Shown piece by piece: positions 48,201-57,727 of a stretch of 64,000 bases of DNA. How positions within the stretch are numbered: position 1 is the first letter of the stretch; the number at the start of each line of letters is the position of its first letter. Source of the stretch: Myxococcota bacterium (GTDB taxonomy: Bacteria; Myxococcota_A; SURF-8). Location of the stretch: NCBI GenBank assembly GCA_963674735.2, contig CAXXQS010000001.1, positions 64,001 through 128,000 of the forward strand, in the 5' to 3' direction. The notes beneath the pieces are model-generated. The model made no database searches. It was not told where the DNA came from and saw only the letters and a list, made by a program, of their open reading frames with translations. The position numbers and the translations under genes were made by a program.

Positions 48201-49219
48201 GCCGGGGAGGGGGCAGCGCTGCTTGAAGGATCGGCGAGAATATCGATTTCCTCGATTTCCTCATTGGGATCGATTGCCGGGAAAGCCGATTGGCTTTGCG
48301 TGCCTGGAACACCCGTTTCATAAAGAAAAACCTCCAGGCCTTTCTTGGCTTCCGGGTTTTCCGGGTCTATCTCAAGCATGTTGCGATAAACCTGCTTGAG
48401 CTTGCTCTTGTTATCCTGGGTTTCGAGCAAACGCGCCATTTCGCGGTAAACGGTAAGGGTTTTGGCTAGTTGACGCATTCCGCGGAAAGTCTGGGCCAGG
48501 AGTTCCATCGTTTCGAGGTTCTCCGGGTCTTGTTTCAGTACGGTTTGCAGTCGCATCAACCCTTTTTTGGTGTCGCCGCGTTCCAGATAGAGTTGGGCGA
48601 GTTCGCGTCCACGCTCGATGCGTTCGGGGCTGTGGAAATAGATCCGGTCGAGTACGCGCAGGTATTCGTCGGGCCGCTTACTGTGGGCGAGGTCGGCCAG
48701 CGCATTTTCATACTCTTCCAGGCCTTCCTTGCGCATGTCTTCGTTGATGTATCCTTCGGCCAGACGGATACGGTTGGGCAGGTTTTCCGGTTCCAGCAAG
48801 CTGATGCGCTTGAGAATATCGAGGTTGTCGCGGCTTTTGCCTTTTTCCTCGTAATACTTCGATACCGTTTGGTATTGCTGGATGGTTTCGGACAACAAAC
48901 CGAGCTGCTGGTACATTTCGGCCAGCTTGATATGTAGCTCGATCTGGTCGGGGTCCAGTTGCAGGATCTGTTTGTAAACCGCAATCGCCTTGAGATAAAA
49001 GCCATGCCGGACGTAGAGGTTCGACACGCGCTGGTAGGCGTTTAACGCAGCCTGCTTCTGGCCCATGCGAGCGTAAAGATCGCCCACTTTTTGAAGGGTC
49101 CGTTCGTCGTTGGGATCGACCTCAAGAATTTTTTCGAATTCTTTGACGGCCTTGTCCAGCGCTCCGCGCTGGAGGTGTTTCATCGCAACGGCGGTGATTT
49201 TTTCTTTATTGATCGCCAC
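45278..49219 (-). CDS. Giant TPR protein with long acidic linker, SgmX-like
   Basis: N-terminal TPR array (KAIAVYKQIL), TEAEVFMKYGL, very acidic middle, C-terminal ETHLNLGIAYREMGL TPRs, ends KSNISYI; GTG start; position between efp and exeA. Confidence 0.8.
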   Translation of the reverse strand: MAINKEKITAVAMKHLQRGALDKAVKEFEKILEVDPNDERTLQKVGDLYARMGQKQAALNAYQRVSNLYVRHGFYLKAIAVYKQILQLDPDQIELHIKLAEMYQQLGLLSETIQQYQTVSKYYEEKGKSRDNLDILKRISLLEPENLPNRIRLAEGYINEDMRKEGLEEYENALADLAHSKRPDEYLRVLDRIYFHSPERIERGRELAQLYLERGDTKKGLMRLQTVLKQDPENLETMELLAQTFRGMRQLAKTLTVYREMARLLETQDNKSKLKQVYRNMLEIDPENPEAKKGLEVFLYETGVPGTQSQSAFPAIDPNEEIEEIDILADPSSSAAPSPAAKPAVMETATKPNLVKLMTEAEVFMKYGLHDQARERLQTILEQNPNHLEALKRLKDVYAHLDDMEAARTTLFRCCILLFDQGQDHEAREALETAKEWSDSIASDVQGILTQFEEGTAAETADMLRELLGDSGLPEPITESELQMDEDAAASAQDSQPASLTTREIEIDFDQDVEVLPLEADDIELDFDSAEEPDIIEETELPTHMRPAAPRDESQPPAMPSAQPPDLPTVDDIEVADEFEEALVDELLAIEEIEAGDREALAVEADPEPVIDDAAPEVALEATAEGDLGEELGDIELEVIEVVEDLSEPTDDERTGTQSSDTDLFEDNLELRSDADSQPSRDVELDTEPVVPVEIDDDDDLPEETVVSEMPAAFDSGEILAINEEGQTATETGKTTEETTLASSGEPASDSDELFSPIPEDTEIIDKIEILEAEFEAEQAAIETQAADQADGEAAASAESDDMEEAEAFIEDETAVETDETLEIDSEMEVEVEDEVEVEVEVEVEVEDEVETEVETEVETEGEAEIEAEAKAEEVDQATEIAMESTPEPATEETLTLPADELIEADEFIEEADLIEIDDDDEELDSSLPEAPATEAVADIGEPDAEMLEGTATAEILEEVEPFDADIQEIDDLDLELVPDDDEVASLETDASEAISEAQSTPVDDAFQDVTVEFSEPDESESREAFTRLLDEDEEDDFEEAEFFFSQAVYVECLEIYERLLERYPSHPLLLKRIAACQKAAAASDEESDDRDVDADLDKTVFAPGAFASAKPRDASTVNLTDELRSSLETDESATGSGVLLQEDIADDDHETHLNLGIAYREMGLLNEAIGEFLVAHENAATSETALLLGLCYLEKNSQRKALGFFKEAFHSPDINQYLVKALRYDIGLLYKKMQNREAALRQFSTLSDLDPDFRDATNLAAELEADGVALSEPDTLDQWLDGLDLDGLPHGEPDPSDLTNQAEKNKSNISYI

Positions 49220-49277
49220 GTTCTCTTAAGCCTCTCCACGGTTGGATCACGCAACCCAATGACAGGCGAACGACGAC

Positions 49278-49838
49278 TTACTTCACCCGCTCGATATATT
49301 CACGTGTTCGAGTGTCGACTCGTATTTTTTCGCCCTGGTTCACGAACAGCGGGACATTCACCACCAGTCCCGTTTCCATCTTGGCCGATTTGGTTGCGCC
49401 GGTGGCCGTATCGCCTTTGATGCCGGGCTCGCATTCGGTTACGGTGAAAACCAAGTGGAAGGGGAAACTGACACCCATGGGACGGCCGTTGAAAAACAGG
49501 ACGTCGACCTCGGCGTTTTCGATGATGAAATCCTTATCGGCGCCGATCACTTCGGTCGGAATCGTCACTTGCTCGTAATCCTGGGTGTTCATAAATACAT
49601 AGCCGCTTTCGTCCTGATACAGATACTGCATCTGGTGCTCTTCGATATCGGGTTTTTTCACTTTTTCGCCCGACTTGAAGGTGCGTTCGAGTACGGCTCC
49701 GGTGAGCATGTTCTTCAGCTTCGTACGTGTGAAGGCCGAGCCTTTTCCGGGATTCACCGCTTGGAAATACACGATATCGTACGGATCGCCATCGATCTCG
49801 ATTTTGAGTCCATTGCGGAAGTCACTTGTCTGATACAT
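49278..49838 (-). CDS. efp: Elongation factor P
   Basis: PGKGSAFTRTKLKN, QYLY, PGIKGDTA, VPLFV..GE.I.VDTR. Confidence 0.97.
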   Translation of the reverse strand: MYQTSDFRNGLKIEIDGDPYDIVYFQAVNPGKGSAFTRTKLKNMLTGAVLERTFKSGEKVKKPDIEEHQMQYLYQDESGYVFMNTQDYEQVTIPTEVIGADKDFIIENAEVDVLFFNGRPMGVSFPFHLVFTVTECEPGIKGDTATGATKSAKMETGLVVNVPLFVNQGEKIRVDTRTREYIERVK

Positions 49839-49873
49839 CGTTTGTTGCTCCTACACAGAAAGTCGGATGGGCT

Positions 49874-50959
49874 TTAGCCCAATACGAAACGGTTCTTATC
49901 TGCCAGGGTGATGATTTCACAGCCATCGGCCGTCACCACCACCAAATCTTCAATGCGAACGCCGCCCCATTCGGGGATATAAATGCCCGGTTCGACGGAG
50001 AAGACCATGCCTTCTTCCAAAACACCGGAGCCTCGCGGCGAAATAACGGGCTGCTCGTGCACTTCCAAACCGATTCCATGTCCGGTGCCGTGCCCGAAGT
50101 ACTCAGCATACCCTTTTTTGTCGATATAGTCACGTGCGATAGCATCCAATTTTTGACAATCCGCACCGGGTTTGACGGCATCGATGCATTGGTCGTGCGC
50201 GTCTTTGACGATTTGATAGATTTCGCGCTGCCGATCGTCGGCTTTTCCGAGTACGAAGGTGTTGGTTTCATCGGAAGCGAAATGATCGAGCATCATGCCG
50301 CGATCGACGATAATGGTTTCACCCTCTTTGAAAACACGGTCGCTGGGTTTGCCGTGGACGATGGCCGCACGCGGTCCGGAAGCCACCAGGGTGTCGAAGG
50401 ACAAGCCGCTGGCGCCGCGCTCGCGGAATTGCTGTTCGAGGAACCAGGCGGCCTGCTTTTCGGTCCAACCGGGATGAATCTCGTCGACGAAGGCGCTGAA
50501 TGCCTCATTGGCCACGCGGTTGGACGCGCGCAGTTTATCCAGTTCTTCGGTTGTTTTGACGATACGCAAACCGGCGAGATTTTCATCGACCGCCGTCAGC
50601 GTGAGCTCGGGCAGTTGCTTTTGAAGCAGCCGGTAGTCACTGTAGCTGGCTGTTCCGGCTTCGAATCCCAAGGATTTCGCTTTGAGGCTTTTAACTTTGT
50701 CGCAGAGATCCTCCAAGGGCTTTTTGATTTCCACCACCTCATCCACCGTACATTCCTGCCCGGCTTGGGTGGTGTAGCGTCCATCGACGAAAATGATTTT
50801 ACGCCCCTCGCGTCCTACCAGCAGATTGGCGGTGGAGCCGGTGAAGCGGGCCAGGTATTTGATGGTGACCAGATCCTTGACCCACAAATAGTCGATGTCG
50901 TAGTGATCGAACAGATCGGTTAAGGAAAAATGGATCGGATTATCGAGTGGCAGGGTCAT
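49874..50959 (-). CDS. Xaa-Pro peptidase (M24B family)
   Basis: DGRY, SFDTLVASG, HG.P, FGHGTGHGIGLEVHE, SVEPGIY, GGVRIED. Confidence 0.93.
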   Translation of the reverse strand: MTLPLDNPIHFSLTDLFDHYDIDYLWVKDLVTIKYLARFTGSTANLLVGREGRKIIFVDGRYTTQAGQECTVDEVVEIKKPLEDLCDKVKSLKAKSLGFEAGTASYSDYRLLQKQLPELTLTAVDENLAGLRIVKTTEELDKLRASNRVANEAFSAFVDEIHPGWTEKQAAWFLEQQFRERGASGLSFDTLVASGPRAAIVHGKPSDRVFKEGETIIVDRGMMLDHFASDETNTFVLGKADDRQREIYQIVKDAHDQCIDAVKPGADCQKLDAIARDYIDKKGYAEYFGHGTGHGIGLEVHEQPVISPRGSGVLEEGMVFSVEPGIYIPEWGGVRIEDLVVVTADGCEIITLADKNRFVLG

Positions 50960-50963
50960 AGGG

Positions 50964-51410
50964 TTACTTCTCCTCTTTCAGATAGCGAATCGCATGCATC
51001 ACGGCCCAGTGGTAGCCATCCGGGCCGAACCCGTTGATGACCCCCAAGGCGATATCGGCGATCAAGGATTCGCGCCTGAAAGGTTCGCGCGCATGGATAT
51101 TGCTCAGATGCACTTCAATGAAGGGGATTTCCACCGCCAGCAGGGCATCGCGCAGAGCCAGGCTGCGGTGATAGCCGGAGGGGTTGATGACGATGAAATC
51201 CGCTTCATTGCGGGCCTGCTGGATTTTTTCGACCAACAGGCCTTCGTGGTTTGTTTGAAAGGTTTCGACGACGAATCCGGCGTGATCGACCAGCGATTCC
51301 AGGGAGTCATCCAGCTCGTTCAGTGTCAGAGACCCGTAGATTTCGGATTCCCGTTCGCCGAGCATGTTGATGTTCGGTCCGTGCAGAATGAGAATTTTCG
51401 GCTGACTCAT
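50964..51410 (-). CDS. aroQ: Type II 3-dehydroquinate dehydratase
   Basis: ILHGPNINMLGERE..IYG, FQTNHEG, ALRDAL, EVHLSNIHAREPFR. Confidence 0.93.
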   Translation of the reverse strand: MSQPKILILHGPNINMLGERESEIYGSLTLNELDDSLESLVDHAGFVVETFQTNHEGLLVEKIQQARNEADFIVINPSGYHRSLALRDALLAVEIPFIEVHLSNIHAREPFRRESLIADIALGVINGFGPDGYHWAVMHAIRYLKEEK

Positions 51411-51415
51411 CGGAT

Positions 51416-51781
51416 TCACTCCAGTTCCTGTACCAGATCGGACTCCAGAAGGCTAAGGAGAAATCGGCCTTTTCCGATATGGGCTTCCGGGCGCATGACC
51501 AAAACGATAAAGTAGTCTTCGGTCAGCACCTGCAGGAGCACCTTGGTTTGAGTTGAGTTCAGCACCAGTTCACGGGCCTTGCCGAACTGACTGGTAAAAG
51601 AGGCTTGGCGCAGTTGGCTGACCATGACGCTGATTTCGGCCCCCATCAGTTCGAGGTCGAGATCGGAATCCGGGTGGAGGACCGAAACGACGTTGATGCC
51701 GTCGAACCCCATCAGCATGCAGGCCAGGCTGTTGTCAAGGCGGTCCATGAGTTCTTGGAAACGCTTCTCGAATATCACCAC
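51416..51781 (-). CDS. mglC: Roadblock/LC7 protein, MglC-like
   Basis: LMGFDGI, AEIS, LTEDYFIVLVM.PEAHIGKGRFLL; location downstream of pilQ. Confidence 0.72.
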   Translation of the reverse strand: MVIFEKRFQELMDRLDNSLACMLMGFDGINVVSVLHPDSDLDLELMGAEISVMVSQLRQASFTSQFGKARELVLNSTQTKVLLQVLTEDYFIVLVMRPEAHIGKGRFLLSLLESDLVQELE

Positions 51782-52185
51782 CGTCTCCTCTCTCGAACCT
51801 GTTCAAGTATTCGCGTCAAGCGGTCAATCGCCTTTGTCGCAACATGTTCTACCACGGCCGACCCCAAGTCGATGGCTTTGTCCCTCAAACTTTCAGGGCC
51901 GGCGGAACGTGCGGGAACTGACGAAAGGGCTCGCTCATTCGGCTCATCGACTGTATCTGCGAGCGAAGGCTCATCTGCTTCGGCAGGGGAGGGCAAAACG
52001 CCTGCCTTGTTGCCGGTCGAGAGCGATGCTTCCCGCTGTTGAGCTTCAGCCCGTTCGAGTAATTCTCGAATCTCACCGTCATCCGGGCGCTCGGCCTGAA
52101 GTTTATGCAAGATCTCCAATGCTCGGCCGGGATGCCCCTGCGTGAGGTAAAGCTCGGCGAGCGTGCGCGTCCCAATGGTGGTCAT
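51775..52185 (-). CDS. Short single-TPR-motif protein
   Basis: TRTLAELYLTQGHPGRALEILHKL..PDD; overlaps the start of the roadblock gene. Confidence 0.65.
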   Translation of the reverse strand: MTTIGTRTLAELYLTQGHPGRALEILHKLQAERPDDGEIRELLERAEAQQREASLSTGNKAGVLPSPAEADEPSLADTVDEPNERALSSVPARSAGPESLRDKAIDLGSAVVEHVATKAIDRLTRILEQVRERRRW

Positions 52186-52280
52186 AATGTCCGCTTTTCG
52201 TGCCGCGAGCCGTGAAAATTACTCTTCTTTTTAACGAAAATTGCCGGTTAAGTCAAGGATATGCGCGTGAGCAACCTACG

Positions 52281-52311
52281 AAAAAGGGCAGGGGCTAAAA
52301 AACCCCTGCCC
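52281..52311 (-). terminator. Rho-independent terminator after the pilMNOPQ-lipoprotein operon
   Basis: GGGCAGGGG / CCCCTGCCC stem with A5 on + (U-tract on -). Confidence 0.75.
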
Positions 52312-52336
52312 GTCAATCGATCTAGGAAAAAGAACC

Positions 52337-53539
52337 CTATTGTGATTCCTCTTGCTGTTTTGATTCCTTAATATATGCATTGTAAGGCGGACAGAACATA
52401 CCCCAGCAGCCGGGCAACCAGGCGCATTGCACCGGCCAATCCTGGTAGACAAGCTGGCATTTGTTTCCAACCGCCTCGAAACTCTCTTCATAGTCTTTCT
52501 GTTCCTTATCGAGATCAACCGGAGTGGAGTTGCACCAGTATTCGTTGAATCGGAGCAAGCAGGATCGACAGATATTCAGTCTGAAAGTAACCGAGTTGCT
52601 GGCGGTACCGGAACCATCCGAATTATCGCCTTTTGCGCGGATCTTGACGAGAATCATTTCTTCTTTGTTCGGGTTGACCGTCGTGTCAGCCGGAAAACAG
52701 GTGCCTCGAATGCACTCATATTCGAGCGCATTCTTGCTGGGATCTTCCGGATCGGGAATCGGGGTGCAATCATTGACTCCGGAGTTACAGGTCGGACGGC
52801 AAATTCCGTAGTCGCCGACTCCAACATCGCAGCGGAAAATTTGCTCTTCATCCAGGCGGTTACAGACCGCTTCAGTGCAAGCACGGGCACAACCGCTGGC
52901 CAGCGTGCAAGCATTGGAACAGATGCCTTGCTCGTTTTTGATGGTGGGGTCGCCGCTCGGCGTAATGCAGGGATAACCCAGGCAGACATCTTTGGCATTG
53001 CCATTGGTGCAGGCGATGGGATTTCCATCCGAATCATTGGGTTCCGGGCGCAGAGTTGCATATCCCCGGTTGCTTTTGTACGCGTTGTTGGCATAGTTTT
53101 CTTCGATCGCGTAGCGCACACTCTCAGGGACAATATTGACTTTAGCCGTGTATTTATCGCCGGGGCCCAAGAAATGACGAAGCGGAACCTTGATCTTTTC
53201 AATGGGATCCCAATCGACCGGTACTTCATACTCGATTTCGAAGTGTGTCAGCGTGATGTTGTTCCCTTCACTGGCGAGGAAATCACTGTTTTCAGTGGTT
53301 CCCCGACTATTCGTGACCGCGGGATGGATGATGTAGCCTTCCAGGGGGTTATAGCGGGCCACCTGAGTATCGTAGCTACCTTCTTCCTGAATAGCGGCCG
53401 GTGCACCGTCGGCAGTGGGGTAGGCCTCCTGATCGCATGCAAGCAACCCCGCCAATTCAAGCCCTTGCTGCTCCTCGATCGTACAGGCTGCCGTTGCTGC
53501 AAGCATCAAGATTAGGATTCCAAGTTTGAACAATTTCAT
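52337..53539 (-). CDS. Cys-rich lipoprotein co-transcribed with pilQ
   Basis: Lipobox AAAC, GGAGG RBS, beta-rich halves interrupted by a Cys-rich insert. Confidence 0.75.
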   Translation of the reverse strand: MKLFKLGILILMLAATAACTIEEQQGLELAGLLACDQEAYPTADGAPAAIQEEGSYDTQVARYNPLEGYIIHPAVTNSRGTTENSDFLASEGNNITLTHFEIEYEVPVDWDPIEKIKVPLRHFLGPGDKYTAKVNIVPESVRYAIEENYANNAYKSNRGYATLRPEPNDSDGNPIACTNGNAKDVCLGYPCITPSGDPTIKNEQGICSNACTLASGCARACTEAVCNRLDEEQIFRCDVGVGDYGICRPTCNSGVNDCTPIPDPEDPSKNALEYECIRGTCFPADTTVNPNKEEMILVKIRAKGDNSDGSGTASNSVTFRLNICRSCLLRFNEYWCNSTPVDLDKEQKDYEESFEAVGNKCQLVYQDWPVQCAWLPGCWGMFCPPYNAYIKESKQQEESQ

Positions 53540-53593
53540 CGGTTCCTCCAACCGTAACAGATGGGGTTTCAACCCTCGTGTTATCCGTCCGGA

Positions 53594-56371
53594 TTATTCC
53601 ATAGCCAACGAAGACTGGGACCGGTTGATAATGCGTGGGGTCACGAAGATCAGAAGTTCCGTTTTCTCTTCCGTGGTCGACCGGCCTTTGAAAAGCCATC
53701 CGAGAATCGGGATCTTGGAGAAGAGCGGAACGCCTTGTTCGTTGACAGAGCGCGATTTGGTGTAGATACCACCGATAACCGTCGTTTCACCAGTGCGAAC
53801 CAGCACTTCGGTCGTCGCTTCTTTCTGAATCACAGCAGGATCGCCGAGCGCGTTGGTCCGCGAGAAGTCGGGCTCCTGCTTGGTGATCTTGAGTTTCATG
53901 ATGATGCTGCCGTCAGCGGTGATGTGCGGTGTGACGTCTAAAGACAGGTTCGCTTCAACCATTTTCGAAACCGGGATACCGGTAGACGATACCGAGGTGA
54001 TCGGAATCTGCACACCCTGCTCGATTTTGGCCGAGGTATTATCGAGAGTTGAAATTCGCGGAGAAGAAATGATCTTGATCTTTCCGGAAGACTCCATGGC
54101 GGCCAGGCGCAGGGTGAGGTTGGCGGTGTTGTTGGCGCTGCCGAGAGTCAGACCGATACCACCGGCCGGGGCGCGCGTCGAGGGGACGTTCACAATCCAG
54201 TTGGGCGGTTGAGTCGTATTCGCGATACCGGGGCTGCTCGTGGCATCCTGAGCACCGGAAAGGCCGACGCTTGAAGGGAAGGCCAGGCCGGTGGCGTTGC
54301 CGGTAGCCTGGCTGGCCGTGTAATAGCCGCCCCACTGGATACCGGTTGCGAAGTCGTTGGAAATATTGGCTTCAACGATCTTGGCTTCGATCATGACCTG
54401 CGGAGTTTGCAGATCCAGTTTGGAAACCAGGGATTCCGCTTTGGACAGCACTTCGTCGATGTCTTTGACGATGATGACGTTGGTTCGTTCATCGAAACTC
54501 GATGTGCCGCGAGCCGAGAGCAGGTCGCGAATCTGAGTGACCATCGCGCTGGCATTGGCATAGCTGACGGGGATCAGACGGACCGAAAGCGGTTCCAGTT
54601 CACGTTGCGCTTTGAGCTGATTGATGCGAAGTTCACGCTCGCGCTGAAGAACCGACATCGGGGCGACGCGAATGATGTTGCCTTGGCGTTCTTTGCCGAG
54701 TCCTTTGGACCGTAGAATGATGTCGAGGGCCTGCTGCCAGGGAACGTTGAGCAGGCGCACCGTTACGCTACCTCTGACGTCGTCGGAAGCGATGATGTTC
54801 AGCTTGCTGACGTCGGCAATCAGGCGTAACACATCGAGAATATCGGTGTTTTTCAGTTCGAGAGAGATGCGCTGACCTTTGGCTTCTTTCGCGCTGGCCT
54901 GATAGAGCTCGGCTGCGCCGCTGGCCAGACCCGCGGTGTCGGTGGTTTCGTATTCGATAACCGTTCCGCCGTCGGGAGTCAGGCTGATGCGCCCGCTGCC
55001 GTTGTCGGCGCTCGCAACCGCGTTTTCACGATCGAAGCGCCACATCAGTGTGTTGCCTTCCATACGGACGGAGTTTTTGGCTGCGTTGCGAGTTTGCACG
55101 ACGACCTTGGTCAGGTTCGAATCTTCATCCGCGACATAAGAACTGATCAGCGTGACCGGGCTATCGAATTCGCTGGTATCCAGACTCTGTTCCAGGTTCG
55201 CGGGAAGGGTCGTGTTCGGAAGTTCGAGCACGAGCTGATCGTCGGCCCCTTCCGCGAGGCGGTAGGCGACGTCGCCGGTCAGCTTGATTTCGACCGTCGA
55301 GGAGTTAACTTGATGTTTGAAGTCCAAACCGAGAACATGATGGCTGCCAGCCTGGACCGGAGCGGCCTGTTCAATGACCGGAGCGACTTCGCTTTTGGCC
55401 TTCGCAGGCGTTTCGGCTTTGGCGATCGCGGTCGGAGCGACGGCCGTGGTGAGAAGGGCGAGAGAAAGCTTGCCATCAACCGAATCGACATCGACAGATT
55501 GCGCGGATTTGGCCATATCAAGCACCACCCGCAGTTTTTCGGCGTGACTGCCCAGGCGGATGGAGGAAACGTATTCACCATCACCGTTGATCGAGCGTTT
55601 TTTGGTGCTGTTGCGCAGTCCGTAAAAATCGACAACCAAGCGGTCCGGATCACAGAGACGGATCACTTCGACCGAGCCGTCGGAAAGCGGCTTCGTGGTG
55701 GAAGCGCTGAGGCGGATGCCGTTGTCGGCCGGGAGCAAGGAAAGGGAAGTCAAGGAACCCTTGGAGGCTTTGCCACCGTAAGGATGAATGACAACCGCTT
55801 CACCGTCGGGGCATTCGAAAGGCTCCACCGTTGCGATAGGTGCCGCTTCTTCGATAGGAGCGGTTTCCGGTTCAGTCGAGATGGCCGCTTGCTCGGCGAC
55901 GACCGCTTCCGGGGCCGCGTTGGAGAGAGCGAAGCCTTCGGGATGAGCGATTAAAAGCTTGAGGGTGGCGTCATCTTCACGCACGCTGAATTCCGCCTCG
56001 CGTTTAAAGCCGATCATGACGCGCGTCATGGACTTGTTGTCACGGGAAAATTCATTGGTGGTGATAACCGTGATCAGGCCGTCGTTTACTTCGCTGACAA
56101 CCGGAACGCCGGACGTTTTACAGTCGGCGATGTCAACGAGCAGGCGCTGCGGATCCGACATGCGGAAGACGTTGTAAACAAGCTTCCGTGACCCCGCCAA
56201 AGAGACGGTCGTTGTGCCGTCGACAGCATCGACACTTACGGACGTCAACTCATTGATAGCAGGCGTTTGCGCCTCCTGATCGGGTAGTACCGTTTGGTTG
56301 TTGGAGGCACAGGCAACCAGGAAGGCTGCAACCGCGATCAACAGTGGAAGAATTCTGTTGAGTGACATCAT
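53594..56371 (-). CDS. pilQ: Type IVa pilus secretin with AMIN domains
   Basis: Lipobox LVAC, DPQRLLVD/DPDRLVVD AMIN motifs, VPWQQALDIIL, PQVMIEAKIVEA, GVPLFSKIPILGWLF, ELLIFVTPRI. Confidence 0.96.
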   Translation of the reverse strand: MMSLNRILPLLIAVAAFLVACASNNQTVLPDQEAQTPAINELTSVSVDAVDGTTTVSLAGSRKLVYNVFRMSDPQRLLVDIADCKTSGVPVVSEVNDGLITVITTNEFSRDNKSMTRVMIGFKREAEFSVREDDATLKLLIAHPEGFALSNAAPEAVVAEQAAISTEPETAPIEEAAPIATVEPFECPDGEAVVIHPYGGKASKGSLTSLSLLPADNGIRLSASTTKPLSDGSVEVIRLCDPDRLVVDFYGLRNSTKKRSINGDGEYVSSIRLGSHAEKLRVVLDMAKSAQSVDVDSVDGKLSLALLTTAVAPTAIAKAETPAKAKSEVAPVIEQAAPVQAGSHHVLGLDFKHQVNSSTVEIKLTGDVAYRLAEGADDQLVLELPNTTLPANLEQSLDTSEFDSPVTLISSYVADEDSNLTKVVVQTRNAAKNSVRMEGNTLMWRFDRENAVASADNGSGRISLTPDGGTVIEYETTDTAGLASGAAELYQASAKEAKGQRISLELKNTDILDVLRLIADVSKLNIIASDDVRGSVTVRLLNVPWQQALDIILRSKGLGKERQGNIIRVAPMSVLQRERELRINQLKAQRELEPLSVRLIPVSYANASAMVTQIRDLLSARGTSSFDERTNVIIVKDIDEVLSKAESLVSKLDLQTPQVMIEAKIVEANISNDFATGIQWGGYYTASQATGNATGLAFPSSVGLSGAQDATSSPGIANTTQPPNWIVNVPSTRAPAGGIGLTLGSANNTANLTLRLAAMESSGKIKIISSPRISTLDNTSAKIEQGVQIPITSVSSTGIPVSKMVEANLSLDVTPHITADGSIIMKLKITKQEPDFSRTNALGDPAVIQKEATTEVLVRTGETTVIGGIYTKSRSVNEQGVPLFSKIPILGWLFKGRSTTEEKTELLIFVTPRIINRSQSSLAME

Positions 56372-56436
56372 CTATCTCTCCTTAGCTTAGACGGCTCTCC
56401 AGCTAACGTTGCGAGCTATAAAATCATCGAAAAATA

Positions 56437-57015
56437 CTAATCAAGCGAAATGGCTCCCTCCGCCTCTTCACCTACCGGTGAAAGGGTGGTTGAGGCATCA
56501 TCCGGTCGAATCGTTTTAACTGGAAGTTTCATTTCGATCTGGTTGGTAACCTTCTGACCGTTAGGCAGACGGGATTGTTCCAACACCACGACCGAATCGC
56601 GCTTGATTTTAACCACTTTTCCCCAATTCCGGCCGATCAGCGTACCGGTTTTGATGGTGTAGCTCATGCCGTTTGGCGCAACAACGATGGCCGCCGGCGA
56701 TGAAATACCCCACAAAATAGCCGTAACCGAAAGGGAGTCGATCTCGAAGTTCTGCAGAGGGCTGAGAATCGATTCTTCGGAAGCCATCTCCATTTCTCCG
56801 CTGTTTTCATCGAAAATGGAGCGGAAGGGATCCCGTTTGCCGATCGACGTGTAAACGTAATCCGATTCGGGTACGGCCTTGTCCGATGGCTTGACGGTTT
56901 CCGGAGCGGCAGTTTGTTTGGCTGACTGTTTTTTCTTTGTGCTCTTGCTGATGGTGATTTCACCACCACAACTGGCAATAAAGAACACCAAGACAAGCAG
57001 CGTGAGGAACCGCAT
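56437..57015 (-). CDS. pilP: Type IVa pilus lipoprotein
   Basis: Lipobox IASC, Y..IGKRDPF, SPLQNF, G..IGRNWGKVVKI. Confidence 0.92.
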   Translation of the reverse strand: MRFLTLLVLVFFIASCGGEITISKSTKKKQSAKQTAAPETVKPSDKAVPESDYVYTSIGKRDPFRSIFDENSGEMEMASEESILSPLQNFEIDSLSVTAILWGISSPAAIVVAPNGMSYTIKTGTLIGRNWGKVVKIKRDSVVVLEQSRLPNGQKVTNQIEMKLPVKTIRPDDASTTLSPVGEEAEGAISLD

Positions 57016-57100
57016 GATGCCTCCCTTTTGCACGCCGTAACATTTCAAGTTCGTGGTTTCAAACGTGTTCACGATGGTTGCCTCTCGTTTCACGCTATTT

Positions 57101-57706
57101 TCATTTCTTCTTTTTGGCGGGCGGATCCGGTTGCGGAATAAACCGGAACGTTGTCGCCACGCAGTTGGTCATCAGCCGCTTCTTGCTGGATTCCATTTTA
57201 TTGGCGGATGAAGGCGCAAAATTGAAATTGTCGATATTGACGATACGTGAGAGCTTACCGACCGCATCGAAAAAGTTTGTGATCTCGTTGTAGGAACCAA
57301 TCAATCTCAATCCGACCGGCACTTTGGCGTAAAAGTCCTGCGGAACCTCGGGTTTGGGTTGGAACGTCAGGATTTCGAGCCCGGATTTCTGAGCCAGCGA
57401 GGAAATCTTTTGTAGCAGGGTCGGGATTTCACTCCGATTGGGAAGAAGCTTGATTGCTTTTTGCAAATCTTGGTTGAGCTGCTCAACCTCCCGTTTGTAC
57501 TGGGAAAGATCTCCAACCATCTTCTTCTTTTCTTCCAGGCTGGATTCAAGGTCGGCAATCCGATTCGCGAGCTTTTCCTGCTTCTCGATTTTGGGGTTAT
57601 AGCCCATCATATAATAGGCCACGACCAGGAGCAGGCAAATCAGGAGCATTCCGCCAATCTTTTGAATGGCAGGGATGCGTGAAAACTTGTCGAAAAAGGC
57701 GTCCAT
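57101..57706 (-). CDS. pilO: Type IVa pilus assembly protein
   Basis: N-terminal TM, coiled coil, LLPNRSEIPTLL, FYAKVP, GSY, LSRIVNI. Confidence 0.94.
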   Translation of the reverse strand: MDAFFDKFSRIPAIQKIGGMLLICLLLVVAYYMMGYNPKIEKQEKLANRIADLESSLEEKKKMVGDLSQYKREVEQLNQDLQKAIKLLPNRSEIPTLLQKISSLAQKSGLEILTFQPKPEVPQDFYAKVPVGLRLIGSYNEITNFFDAVGKLSRIVNIDNFNFAPSSANKMESSKKRLMTNCVATTFRFIPQPDPPAKKKK

Positions 57707-57727
57707 GGTTGACTCCCCTTAATCAGG

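Noticed and set aside
49278-49838. NPGKG instead of KPGKG in EF-P
   Set aside because: The modifiable Lys in PGKG is retained; likely ordinary variation
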